This document shows, one piece after another, positions 19,413-29,310 of a stretch of 64,000 nucleotides of DNA (position 1 is its first letter; each line of letters starts with the position of its first letter). The translations under genes were made by a program, and so were the position numbers. Source of the stretch: Nitrospirota bacterium (GTDB taxonomy: Bacteria > Nitrospirota > Thermodesulfovibrionia > Thermodesulfovibrionales > UBA9159); the NCBI GenBank assembly GCA_963699545.1, contig CAVOUE010000003.1, forward strand, positions 640,001 to 704,000. Direction: 5' to 3'. The notes beneath the pieces are model-generated. The model was given only the letters and a program-made list of their open reading frames with translations, did not search any database and was not told where the DNA came from.

Positions 19413-20775
19413 TCAGCCCAGGAGTTTTGCGTTGATTTCCTTTGCCACGACCACAGGCTTCACGGTTTTTTTCACCACGTCCACCGTGTTGACCACCTTC
19501 AGTTTTTCGAAGAGCAGGCCAAAACGGTCTCCCAGTTCCTTCATGACAGGTCCCTTCACATCCTCCGGGAGTTCCCACCATCTCTTCTTTATGGGACCAA
19601 ATCCTTTTTTCCTGGTGCTGTAGATGAACTGCTCCTCTGTCTGGCCTTCCTTCCATTCCTTTGCATATTCCCGCTTTATGAAGGCATACACCTCATCCCT
19701 GAACGCAGCCGGCAGGTGAGGGTTGTCATAGACGATGTTCTGGAAACCTGTTGCAAGGTGAACCTCCGATGTGCCTGTCTTGGGGAACATGTCGAAGGCC
19801 TCTTCAGGGAGGGTGGAGGCGCCGTGCTGTACCGCTCCGGAAAGGCCGTATTCTTTCCTCACGATCTCCGAGAGGGTCCGCAGCGTATCAAAGTCTATCT
19901 TCACCTTCGCCAGGGTGCCGTCAGGGAGAACGACCCCGCCGTGGCTTGTCCCTGTCTGGACGCTCAGTTTGCGAAAGTCCCTTGCCCTGTGTCTTGAATG
20001 TCTCCCTGAAGCCGTCCAGGTATGCCCTCAGTTCTTCAGGGGTACTGTTCCTGGAGCCGATCTCGCCGATCTCTCCCCCCACAGAGATGTCGATGCCCTT
20101 GGGCTGAACCTCCCGGATGACCGAGGCGAGCTCCGCGGTCCTTTCGAAGTTCGGCCTCTGCTGTTCCTTTATGGCAGATTTTTCGAGGTCAACGAGGGTT
20201 GACGTGTCGATATCGATATTAAAGAACTCCGCGTCAACGGCCTCTCTGATCAAGCCCTTCACATAGCTTGTCTCGGCTGCCGGGTCCACGAGAAAGTTCT
20301 TCCTCACCAGCTGGAAGTGGTCACCCTGAATGAATACAGGGCCCCTGAACCCCTCTCTCACTGCTGCGGCAAGGACGACAGCGGAATACTCGATTGGCCT
20401 CTGATTTGTATATCCTATCTCGGAGCGGGCGATCTCGAAGATAAAGGCCCCCACATTTTTTTCGATGGCCTTCCGGAATACCGCCCTGGCGGTATCATAG
20501 GTCAAACCCCTGATGTTCATCGCAGGGACGGTGAATCCCCGGTAATCGCGGCCCAGTTCCTCATAGAGCCCCTGGATGGATGCCGGGACCGCTCCGTATG
20601 CCTTTGCAGCTTCCTTGATGAGGGTGAGGAGATCCTTCTTTCTTTCATCGTTCTCCGCAAACACCGCATCAGATACAAGCTCATCCATCAGGCCCCTCAG
20701 GGCCTCGGGATCGCTCACCTGGAGCCTGCCGCCGGCAAACGAGACAACGCCTTTCAGTTTCTTGGAGTCCATCAT
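19413..20775 (-). CDS. Class II fructose-bisphosphate aldolase family protein, one frameshift near 19970
   Basis: FTVPAMN, IQGDH, GGEIGEIG, then QHGAST and HLATGFQN in the second frame. Confidence 0.85.
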
Positions 20776-20936
20776 CCTTTTCCCTCCTCCTTTTTCTCTT
20801 CTTTTTCGGTTTTTTCTTTAATGGTGACGTCCTTTACAAAATCGGCGCAGCGCATGTTCTTCCCGGAGATCGAAAATTTCTTCTGACAGGTGGCCCTCCA
20901 GGCGCAGAGCACGCATATCTCGACCTTTTCAGTCAT
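20772..20936 (-). CDS. Small Cys-rich hypothetical protein (54 aa), not in the ORF track
   Basis: AGGAGG RBS; MTEKVEICVLCAWRATCQKKFSISGKNMRCADF...; stop overlaps the aldolase start (ATGA). Confidence 0.7.
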   Translation of the reverse strand: MTEKVEICVLCAWRATCQKKFSISGKNMRCADFVKDVTIKEKTEKEEKKEEGKG

Positions 20937-21034
20937 AAAAACCTCCTGAAGTGGACAACAGACTCACTTCCGCCTGCCCCAGGCGGAAGAAGGGCATCGA
21001 ACCATGATGTCTCTGCGAGCTTATTACGATCTGA

Positions 21035-21913
21035 TCAAGCCCCTCTGAAATACCGGCTCAAGACCTTCTCTATATTATTCACTATACTATCTTTTGCGTT
21101 TATTATAAAGATTTTGTTCCCTGTCTGGAAGAGTTCTTTTTCGATGCGCTTCACCGGGGGTGGTTCCCCGGACAACGGGCATCCCAGATAAGAGGAAAGG
21201 ACCCCGGGGGCTCGTTCCCTGAGTTCCTCCTCGAACATCGGCACGATCTTGTCTTTCATCCTGAGCTCCGTGTCTATGAAAAATACCGCGATCCCCGGTC
21301 TGAGGTCGAGGATCCTGTCGAAGCAGGCCGAGATCTCGCCGGCATATATCTGCTTCGGCGGCGAGGACTTCACTTCCATGCAGAGGAGGGTGCCGTCGAT
21401 CTTTGCGATAAGATCATAATCCCCTCCCACGAGAGCACGCTTGAACTTAATCCCCCAGAACGCTTCTGCCCCGAACTCCCTTTTGAATATCTCGGAGAGA
21501 AACCACTCAAGGGTCGGGCCGAAGCTCTTTACGGGTCTCTTCTTCAGGCGATACGGTCCGCCCCCGCCGGTCTTTTCTATGAGTCTCATCCGGTGGAGAA
21601 GCCGCGTGTAGTCCTCTGTCACTTCCGGGGTGGAATACCGGGTGACATCCTCGATCGCAAACCCTTCCTGGTGTTTTATCACATCTCTGAGGAAAAGCCT
21701 GAAGGAATACTTGTTCAGGAGACAGTAATAGTCGTCAATGTGTCTCCTGCAGGGGAGGAGAAGGTCGTCCCCCGGTTCCTTCCTGAAGACCCTAAAGCCC
21801 CTTCTCCGGAGCAGAGCGGAGAGGGGAGAGGTGAGTTCGGTGAGTGATTTCCTGAGCCTCTTGATCTCGGCCTTCAGGGAAAGGACATCCTCTCGAAGTT
21901 CTTCCTCGCTCAT
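21035..21913 (-). CDS. Hypothetical protein with a PD-(D/E)XK nuclease-like C-terminal domain
   Basis: LEWF...GGDYDLIA...LCMEVKS motif. Confidence 0.6.
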   Translation of the reverse strand: MSEEELREDVLSLKAEIKRLRKSLTELTSPLSALLRRRGFRVFRKEPGDDLLLPCRRHIDDYYCLLNKYSFRLFLRDVIKHQEGFAIEDVTRYSTPEVTEDYTRLLHRMRLIEKTGGGGPYRLKKRPVKSFGPTLEWFLSEIFKREFGAEAFWGIKFKRALVGGDYDLIAKIDGTLLCMEVKSSPPKQIYAGEISACFDRILDLRPGIAVFFIDTELRMKDKIVPMFEEELRERAPGVLSSYLGCPLSGEPPPVKRIEKELFQTGNKIFIINAKDSIVNNIEKVLSRYFRGA

Positions 21914-22097
21914 CAGCAGTGTGTCTATCGCGCCCCTTTCACGCTTATAGTAAGAGGAGATGGCGATTTTGTCAATTTTGCGGCTCCTCACTTTTGCGGT
22001 GAAGGACGGGTCGCCTTTGAACCATTTTGTCCGATGCCCGGGTGCACGCACGGGCATATACCGTCATCCCAAATTGTTATATAATGATAAAAAGCAG

Positions 22098-22457
22098 ATG
22101 AGGGAAAGTTTGAAGACAGCGCTTTCTGTTCTCGTGGCGGGCATCCTGGCGGCGGGACATGTTGTTTCCGCAGAGAAGCATGAATGCGATTACTGTCACG
22201 TCACTTCTGATAAGACCGCTCAACTGTCCCTAAAAGCCCCGCTCTCTGAATTATGTACCGGGTGCCATCCGGGGAGAAAGAGTCCGAACGAACACAAGGT
22301 TGATATTGTGCCTTCCATGAAGGTCGTTGAACTGCCCTTAAGCAAAGGCGGCAAGATGACCTGTGCTACGTGTCATGATCCCCATGGAAGGAGCGGCAAT
22401 CCGATGCTGTTGAGAGTACAATCCCCGGAGCTTTGTTATAAGTGTCATTTCAGGTAG
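22098..22457 (+). CDS. Small periplasmic tetraheme cytochrome c
   Basis: Signal peptide; four CxxCH motifs (CDYCH, CTGCH, CATCH, CYKCH). Confidence 0.9.
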   Translation: MRESLKTALSVLVAGILAAGHVVSAEKHECDYCHVTSDKTAQLSLKAPLSELCTGCHPGRKSPNEHKVDIVPSMKVVELPLSKGGKMTCATCHDPHGRSGNPMLLRVQSPELCYKCHFR

Positions 22458-22497
22458 AACTATCTGCCGGTCACTTTACGGGAATTCCTGCACACTC

Positions 22498-22525
22498 TTG
22501 ACATAACCGCCAAGCCCGATATAAT
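22498..22525 (+). promoter_or_regulatory. Sigma70-type promoter
   Basis: TTGACA-N16-TATAAT upstream of the ORF at 22602. Confidence 0.7.
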
Positions 22526-22601
22526 AAACGTAATGGGGGTTCAGGGATGACCTGCGGTCAGTTCCTGAAATATCAAAAATCTGCCATTTGAGAGGTGAAA
22601 G

Positions 22602-22853
22602 ATGCGTTATCTCATCGTTGTTCTATTGTTATTCCCAACCTTGGCCTTTGCGGCGCAGGAAGCACAGTATACTTTGAACTGTGAATATATTTCAGGAGGA
22701 CAATGCAAGAAGGCATGTTCAGACAGTGATACGAGGGTCAGGCAGGTTGAGATATTGGGGGGAGAGAAACAGGGATCGATAGCCGACCTGAATTGCAGTA
22801 TGTACGGCAAAGAATTCATGTGCTGTGTTGATAAGGCGAAGATCACGAAATAA
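22602..22853 (+). CDS. Small secreted six-cysteine protein
   Basis: GAGGTG RBS; signal peptide ending AFA; C-x7-C-x3-C-x25-C-x8-CC. Confidence 0.75.
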   Translation: MRYLIVVLLLFPTLAFAAQEAQYTLNCEYISGGQCKKACSDSDTRVRQVEILGGEKQGSIADLNCSMYGKEFMCCVDKAKITK

Positions 22854-22981
22854 CCTTGTGACCTCCACCATAAGGACCAATTAATTTTTCTATCCATCCC
22901 GGTCGTGTGGCCTCGGGTTAACGACAAAGAACGAGTTGTGTCTCTCGTGCCTCCGAGAATGAACAGCACGCTCTGATCTTT

Positions 22982-23779
22982 TTGATGAAAGACAATTTAA
23001 TGTATTGGCTCAGCAAGCTATGGCCGGCGCTTTCCGTCCTGGCACTCAGCATATGCCTCTCTTTGTTACTCGGAGAGTTCGCTTTTCTAAGGAGCGACAA
23101 TGCCATTTACAAAGGTCTCTTGCGGTTTTTCCGATTTGCTGTCTTATCCTATGTGACGCTTTACCTGCTTCTGCCGCTTAATCGCGTGCTGTTAAAAAGG
23201 ATGAAAGGGCATTTCCTTCAAATCGCAGATTCCCCCCTTCCCGAGTTTTCCCCTCTGAAAATCTGGGTGTATCGTCCTTTGCAATGTATCGGCACGAGTC
23301 TTCTTTTTGATACAAAACTTGTTGCCGCCCTTCAATTTGTTGCCGGTTCAACGATACCGGATTCCCTTCTTCCAAGAGGGCGCTTTCATATTGAGATCTT
23401 TCTGGCTACAACCGTAATTACCGTAGTGGCATCCTTACTATTATCAAGTGTCTGGACCTTAGATGACACGGGAATACGTTATTTCAACCGAAAAGAGCAT
23501 GAGTTAAAAATGACGGGAAAATTCATAGGCACTATTATGCCGGTCGTTTTTGGCCTTTCCGGTGTGAGGGGTCTGTTGGCGACATTTCCGACGACTCAGG
23601 CAGCGAGCTATCTCCTTAACATATTCATTATTCTCTACCCGCCTTTCACTGTGTTCAGCGTATTGCATTACCATTTTGTCAAGAGAAGATACGGCACTTT
23701 TTCAGGCACGGGTAATTTGAGGAAAGGGATCATAACAGTGACGAATGATGAGATGTCATCAGCTCAAGAACGAATGTGA
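22982..23779 (+). CDS. Hypothetical multi-pass membrane protein
   Basis: 265-aa ORF with several hydrophobic segments. Confidence 0.6.
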   Translation: MMKDNLMYWLSKLWPALSVLALSICLSLLLGEFAFLRSDNAIYKGLLRFFRFAVLSYVTLYLLLPLNRVLLKRMKGHFLQIADSPLPEFSPLKIWVYRPLQCIGTSLLFDTKLVAALQFVAGSTIPDSLLPRGRFHIEIFLATTVITVVASLLLSSVWTLDDTGIRYFNRKEHELKMTGKFIGTIMPVVFGLSGVRGLLATFPTTQAASYLLNIFIILYPPFTVFSVLHYHFVKRRYGTFSGTGNLRKGIITVTNDEMSSAQERM

Positions 23780-23857
23780 CTTGGGATGTGTCCCCATTGA
23801 ATAATCCGGGTTTCACATTGTGTCGAATACCTGTGGAGACGCCCTGAAAGGGAAGCG

Positions 23858-25519
23858 TCATTTTGGGAGGAGCTTCTCTGCAGCTTTGCTGTCCATCGGC
23901 CTGTGAAGAAAGAAACCTTGTCCGTGCTGACCATCCATACTCTTGAATACCTCCAGTTGTTCCATGGTTTCTATGCCCTCCGCGATCACAACCAGGTTGA
24001 GCGTATTCCCCAGAGCAACGATAGTCTTCACGATCGCCGCATTATCCTTGTCGTACGTCAGGGCACTGATAAAGGAACCGTCGATCTTTAATCCGCGGAT
24101 CGGGAAGTGGCGCAGATAATTCAACGCTGAGTATCCGGAACCGAAGTCATCGACGTCGACCAGTACGTTCAAGCTTTTTAAGCGCTTCATCAAGGCAGCA
24201 GCCGGTTCAGGGTGGTCCATGAGCATTTTTTCCTTTATCTCAAGCCTCAGACAAGACGCGTCGACACCGGTTTCCTGAAGGATGTTCTCAATGATCTTAT
24301 AGAAATCAGGCTGGAAAAAAACCACCGAAGAAACGTTTGCACTGACCGAGAGGTCCCGGCATCCCGGGAATCTCTTTTGCCATGAGCTCAGCTGCAGACA
24401 GGCCTGGCGGATGACCCACTCGCCGATGGGAATGATCAGCCCTGTCTCTTCGGCCACCGTTATGAACTGAGCAGGGCAAAGAACGCCCAGATCAGGGTGC
24501 AGCCATCGTAATAACGCCTCGAAACCGACGACCTTATTGTTCCCCAGCGACATTATGGGCTGGTAATAAACAGTAAGCTGGTTACGCTCCAAAGCCCTCC
24601 TCAGGTCGGTCTCCAAGCGAAGCGTCATGGTCGCCTCGGCGTGCATTGTCGAGTCAAATATTACGTGGCACCCTCTGCCGCGCGCCTTTGCGTTGTACAT
24701 TGCAGCGTCGGCATCGCGCAATACTTCATCCGGCCGGTTATAATCGGCAAGATTGCTGAAAACTATCCCGATGCTGACGCTGATGAAGATCTCGTGCCCC
24801 GATACGGAGAAAGGCACCCGCATCTCATCGTGGATCCGATTGACCAGGGTGCCGGCATACGCGCCTTCTCTCATGTCATCCACGAGGATCACGAACTCGT
24901 CACCGGCGAAACGAGCGATCGTATCAATTGCCCGAATATGTTTCTTTAGTCTCTGGGAAAGCATGATCAACAACTGATCCCCTATGAGGTGTCCGATGCT
25001 GTCATTCACGATCTTAAAGCGGTCGACATCGAGGAAAAGAACGGCGAACATATAATCCTGATATCGCTTCTTGCGCCCTAATGAATGCTGCAGGTGATCC
25101 ATAAAGAGAGCGCGGTTCGGCAGACTGGTAAGAGGATCATAGAAGGCATCATGGACCAACTGCTCTTCCGCTTTCTTCCTCTCAGCGTTTTCCCTTGTCA
25201 GAAGCTCATTGATCCTGTCAAGCTCCAAAGTCCGCTGATGAAGCTCTTTTTCCCTGAGAACGATCTTCTCAAAGAGTTTTTCTTTTTCCATTAAGAGATA
25301 ACTTATTATGGTCAAAACAAGAGGACCCACCAATATCAGGGCCCGGAACCGGATCCAGGACTCTTCCGCTGACAGGAAGTAGCGCAGGACGCCATAGTCA
25401 AAGCCTTTAATTGAGAAAAAGAGATAAAAGGCAAGAACGGCCCATGCAAGCAGGACAAAGAAGATTGCCAGCCTGGACAGTCTCCTGTCCGACCGGCTTA
25501 CCGGGTCGTTATCCGCCAT
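23858..25519 (-). CDS. Membrane-anchored GGDEF-EAL protein
   Basis: Two TM segments; AGDEF variant active site; EALLRW, DDFGSGYS, LKIDxSF, AEGIET. Confidence 0.9.
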   Translation of the reverse strand: MADNDPVSRSDRRLSRLAIFFVLLAWAVLAFYLFFSIKGFDYGVLRYFLSAEESWIRFRALILVGPLVLTIISYLLMEKEKLFEKIVLREKELHQRTLELDRINELLTRENAERKKAEEQLVHDAFYDPLTSLPNRALFMDHLQHSLGRKKRYQDYMFAVLFLDVDRFKIVNDSIGHLIGDQLLIMLSQRLKKHIRAIDTIARFAGDEFVILVDDMREGAYAGTLVNRIHDEMRVPFSVSGHEIFISVSIGIVFSNLADYNRPDEVLRDADAAMYNAKARGRGCHVIFDSTMHAEATMTLRLETDLRRALERNQLTVYYQPIMSLGNNKVVGFEALLRWLHPDLGVLCPAQFITVAEETGLIIPIGEWVIRQACLQLSSWQKRFPGCRDLSVSANVSSVVFFQPDFYKIIENILQETGVDASCLRLEIKEKMLMDHPEPAAALMKRLKSLNVLVDVDDFGSGYSALNYLRHFPIRGLKIDGSFISALTYDKDNAAIVKTIVALGNTLNLVVIAEGIETMEQLEVFKSMDGQHGQGFFLHRPMDSKAAEKLLPK

Positions 25520-25737
25520 GAATCATTCCCCGCCTTCGCAATGGATTGTTCCGCAGCCTCACTGAGACATGATCTGTCGTCATCTCCATGGCAGATACCT
25601 GCCATACATTCAGCGTTATCATATGCCTTTGTCTATCGTCCATCACCACCGTCCCAGACACATTCCTGATATGATACCATCAAAAGCGCATTTTTTCCTT
25701 GGGTATGTGACCGTCAAAGGGAATTATCGGAGACCGC

Positions 25738-26139
25738 CTACTTCTTTTCGACCGGGTATTTGGCCGTCGACCATTCTCTCCACCCGCCCTTGAGAGCCTT
25801 TGCATTGAAGCCTTTCGCGATCAGTTCTTCCGCCACACGGGCGCTTGTGTGTTCACTCGGTCAGGCGCAGTAGAGGACGATCTCCTTGTGCCTGGGCAAC
25901 GTGCCGGCCCAGGAATCAACGTTCTTCGGGTCCATCCATACGGCGCCGGTGATCTTCTCGCCACTGCTTTCCCAGTCATTCTTTGTCCTTACGTCGAGCA
26001 GAAGCAGATTGGGTGATCCCAGCTTGGCCTTCAGCTCCTCCTTTGAAACGCGAGGCACGTCACTCGCGCTTTGTACGTTCGGACATGCGATGAACACAAC
26101 GAGAACTCCAAACAGTGCGACCAGCAACACTTTTTTCAT
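25738..26139 (-). CDS. Exported rhodanese-like protein, probable selenoprotein (in-frame UGA at 25863-25861)
   Basis: LLLDVR...IVLYCA-TGA-PSEHTSARVAEELIAKGFNAKALKGGWREW; the frame stays open after TGA and completes the rhodanese fold. Confidence 0.85.
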
Positions 26140-26414
26140 ACGTCCTCCCTCACCTTTCGTGGTGATCATATTACAAATTAAGGACCGGGCTTCATACACA
26201 ATTCTAACCCGAGCGAAACCTGTATTCAAGGACATGCCGCTTGACCATCCCCTGCGTTGACTTTGATCGTGCATGCAACTGGAATCTTCGAGGGGTGACA
26301 GATATAATGCAGTGAGGTTTCAAATCGCCTTAACGAAGGATAGAAAATATAAGGGCAAGAGCGTATAATCAAAGCGGAAGCGTAAGAGATAGGAACTTCT
26401 TGGGAGGTGCGACA

Positions 26415-27412
26415 ATGAAAGCCATAGTGAGGGTATTGATACCGGTTCTTTTCATTTTAGTCAGTGCAGTCTCTACAGTCGGTTATGCAGACACGATACT
26501 TTTCCCTGTAATTGCTTCCAATCCCCCCAATGTTACAACCATGATCTCAGTGACCAATGTTGGTCCTTCTCTTGATTTTATGAAGTATATCTATGCATGG
26601 AAACAAACATTCACTGGAGATGTGCCGAATTACGACGGGGCATGCCTTTTCCAATCTTTTGTTAGAAAGGATGTGGCGCCTGACGTATTGAGCTTCGACG
26701 TTTCGGGAAGTTTCGAGGGCGGCTCCGCCCTTTTCAACGACTCAGACGCTTCTGTGTATGGCGGATCTTTCAAGATAACGGAGGTCAGTCGTCCCATAAG
26801 GGGATACCTCCTCGTTAGCAACTCTGATGCGGCAGGGAATAGGGTTAATGTGGGGAATGCGCTTGCTCTGGGGGGCGAAGCCGTTGTGATGGATATCGCT
26901 TTTGGTGCAGCCTGGGGATATAAAGCGTTCAACGACCCCTCACGTGAGGATTTCAACTTCAATCCAGCGGGACCTGGAGTCGGAGGCAGTATGACAAACG
27001 TATTATCGCCTGGAAGCTTAATACGTTTTTCTTTCTTTCCCCCCAATGAATGGACAACACGCTTCTTCATAACCCCGATAGGTGACAATATGGACGTTAC
27101 AGACAGAACGGCAACGGTTAAATTGTTCCGGGAGACTTAGCTGCCACTGGAATTAGTGGTAGAAGCGCCACAGGATATACATTTGATAAGGAGCTAACGG
27201 TTCGTTGTACAGCAGGAGTCGATCTCACCGACCTGCTTGATTCCACAGCCAATGCAGCGCTTGCAACAACCGGAGGATGGGGGTGGCTTTACAATGTCGG
27301 TGGCACAGGCAGTGGAGCTGTCGTATATAAACTCGAGTTTGTTTTGGATAATGCCAAATATGGAGGAACAAGTAATAATGGATTTCTGTTGAGCACTCCT
27401 GATTTGCCGTGA
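26415..27412 (+). CDS. Exported hypothetical protein, frameshift near 27130
   Basis: Signal peptide; second frame continues ...VRCTAGVDLTDLLD...GGWGW...STPDLP to TGA at 27412. Confidence 0.65.
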
Positions 27413-27876
27413 CCCTTTCCAACAGGACACATAACTGAAAGAGGTTGGCATGCCTGACGAGGAAAGGGAAGGGGTTGAACATGAGAGGTGAAGATCTCAA
27501 TTTCAGGGATACCCAACATCTCAGAGGCACTTAGTGTCTAGCCGACGGGGGTTACTCCAATTAAGTTTGGAGTCCCACAATATATTTATTATTGAAAGAT
27601 GAATGATATATATAAAGGCCTTGCAGTTCGCTTTCGACCATGCGGTGCCACATGCCTCCAAATGTCTGTATTGTTCCAATCAGCCTTCCGCTGATTATGA
27701 ATTCATCACCCTGATGATTGGCACTCGCAGTCGCTGGTGAGATTGCGGCGGTGAAGGAGATGTCATGGTCTGTCTGGGGGAAATAGGGATGTGTTGTCCC
27801 TGATATTCTCACGGATTATGCTTGACTTCTATAGGCTCATATGGTCTAATGATTTAAATAATCTTTGGAGGGAAAG

Positions 27877-28689
27877 ATGAAACTTATCGGATATGCGGTT
27901 GCAGTAATTGCGGTCGTTTTTTTGGCCTTCAGCACTTCTGAGGCTGCCAATGTTGCTCTCTTCTTCAATTCGAGTTATGTGGACACTGCTGCTAATTTTT
28001 CGGGTGAGGCCTACACGGTTCAGCAGACCCTTCTGTCACAGGGACATGCGGTTTCCACATTCACCGGCATCACAGCCACTGACTTCAATAACGCTGTCGT
28101 TGGTAACACGGTTCTGGCAATCCCGGAACTCGAAAGTGGTGACCTCAACGCTGACCTCGATAGCGCTGCACGCACCGCCATCGCAAATTTTGTGAACAGC
28201 GGGGGTACATTTGTCGGGTTTTCTGGCGCTCCGAACATGATAAATTTAATGAATGCTGTTTTCGGATTCTCATTGACGAGCTCCAGCAACTCTCCCTATG
28301 CACTGAATGGAGCTGGAGCCGCAGGGACAACCTTTGCAGGCGGTCCGGCCTCCCTCGGCGACCCGAGCGCTACTGAAGGTGTCTCTCAGGCATCCCTTCC
28401 GCCCGGAACAAGAAGAATTTACAGTAACAGTGGAAGCGTTGCCGTCTTTATCGCACCTTACGGCAGCGGCCAGGTAATATTTCTCGCCTGGGACTGGTAT
28501 AATGCACTACCCGTAGGCATCGAAGACGGCGGCTGGCTGAGCGTGCTGAACTCCGCCGTTACTGCCGGTCCTTTCCAGATGCAACAGAGCATCCCTACTA
28601 TGTCAGAATGGGGAATGATCATCTTTATGGTATTAGCAGGGCTTGGGTCTGTTTACTTCCTGAGGAGACAGAAAAGAACGGAAAGTTAA
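27877..28689 (+). CDS. IPTL-CTERM surface protein
   Basis: Signal peptide; C-terminal IPTMSEWGMIIFMVLAGLGSVYFLRRQK (IPTLxxWG motif, TM helix, basic tail). Confidence 0.88.
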   Translation: MKLIGYAVAVIAVVFLAFSTSEAANVALFFNSSYVDTAANFSGEAYTVQQTLLSQGHAVSTFTGITATDFNNAVVGNTVLAIPELESGDLNADLDSAARTAIANFVNSGGTFVGFSGAPNMINLMNAVFGFSLTSSSNSPYALNGAGAAGTTFAGGPASLGDPSATEGVSQASLPPGTRRIYSNSGSVAVFIAPYGSGQVIFLAWDWYNALPVGIEDGGWLSVLNSAVTAGPFQMQQSIPTMSEWGMIIFMVLAGLGSVYFLRRQKRTES

Positions 28690-29016
28690 GATACTTCTCA
28701 GGAAAGATACCACGAGGGCGGGATAACTTCTCGCCCTTTTTTTGTGGGAAAAAGGGAAAAAGTAGGGACACATGTGTCCCTAAAATTCTCATAGATGTTT
28801 CGTAATTCTTGCCTGGAGCTCGGAGCTCTTGCCGGGCTTGACGCTCAGCTTTCAAGGATAATCATCACACCTGACCCCGCAAGAAGGGCTATCTTACTTG
28901 ACAATTCATTATGTCATTATAAAACAGCAATATTTGCAGAAAAAAAAGCAAGAAATGTATAGCAATGGGGGAAGAAAGTGTTTGAAGATAAGCTGCAAAG
29001 ATAAGAGGAGGAGGCT

Positions 29017-29300
29017 ATGGGAGCGCCCTTCAGTGGCGTTGAGAGAAGAAGCGAGCCGCGCCGGATGTACACACTCCGCTCAAGTTCATCATTAAGGGCA
29101 GAGAAGACAGGCTGCTGAGGGGTGTTGTGAACAATATCAGCATATCGGGAATGGGTATCTTCTCATTCGATTACCTTTCTGAGGGACAGGAGATCATCCT
29201 TAGGAGCACCCTGCCGGGCAGTCATATCGTTTATGCCGTACGCTGGTGCAGCAAATTGGCGGATGATTTCTACACTGTGGGGCTGAGGATGGTGGAATGA
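29017..29300 (+). CDS. Stand-alone PilZ domain protein, one frameshift near 29062; not in the ORF track
   Basis: GGAGG RBS; ERRSEPR (RxxxR), then NISISG (D/NxSxxG), VRWC and YTVGL in the shifted frame. Confidence 0.7.
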
Positions 29301-29310
29301 TTTACCGTAA

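Noticed and set aside
18735-19997. Long antisense ORFs (for example 18735-19997, 55419-56543, 13040-13933)
   Set aside because: Shadow ORFs opposite well-supported GC-rich genes
27520-27560. GGGGGTTAC resembling the 3' end of a c-di-GMP-I riboswitch
   Set aside because: The upstream GGCAAA-stem-GAAA-GACGCAAA core is absent
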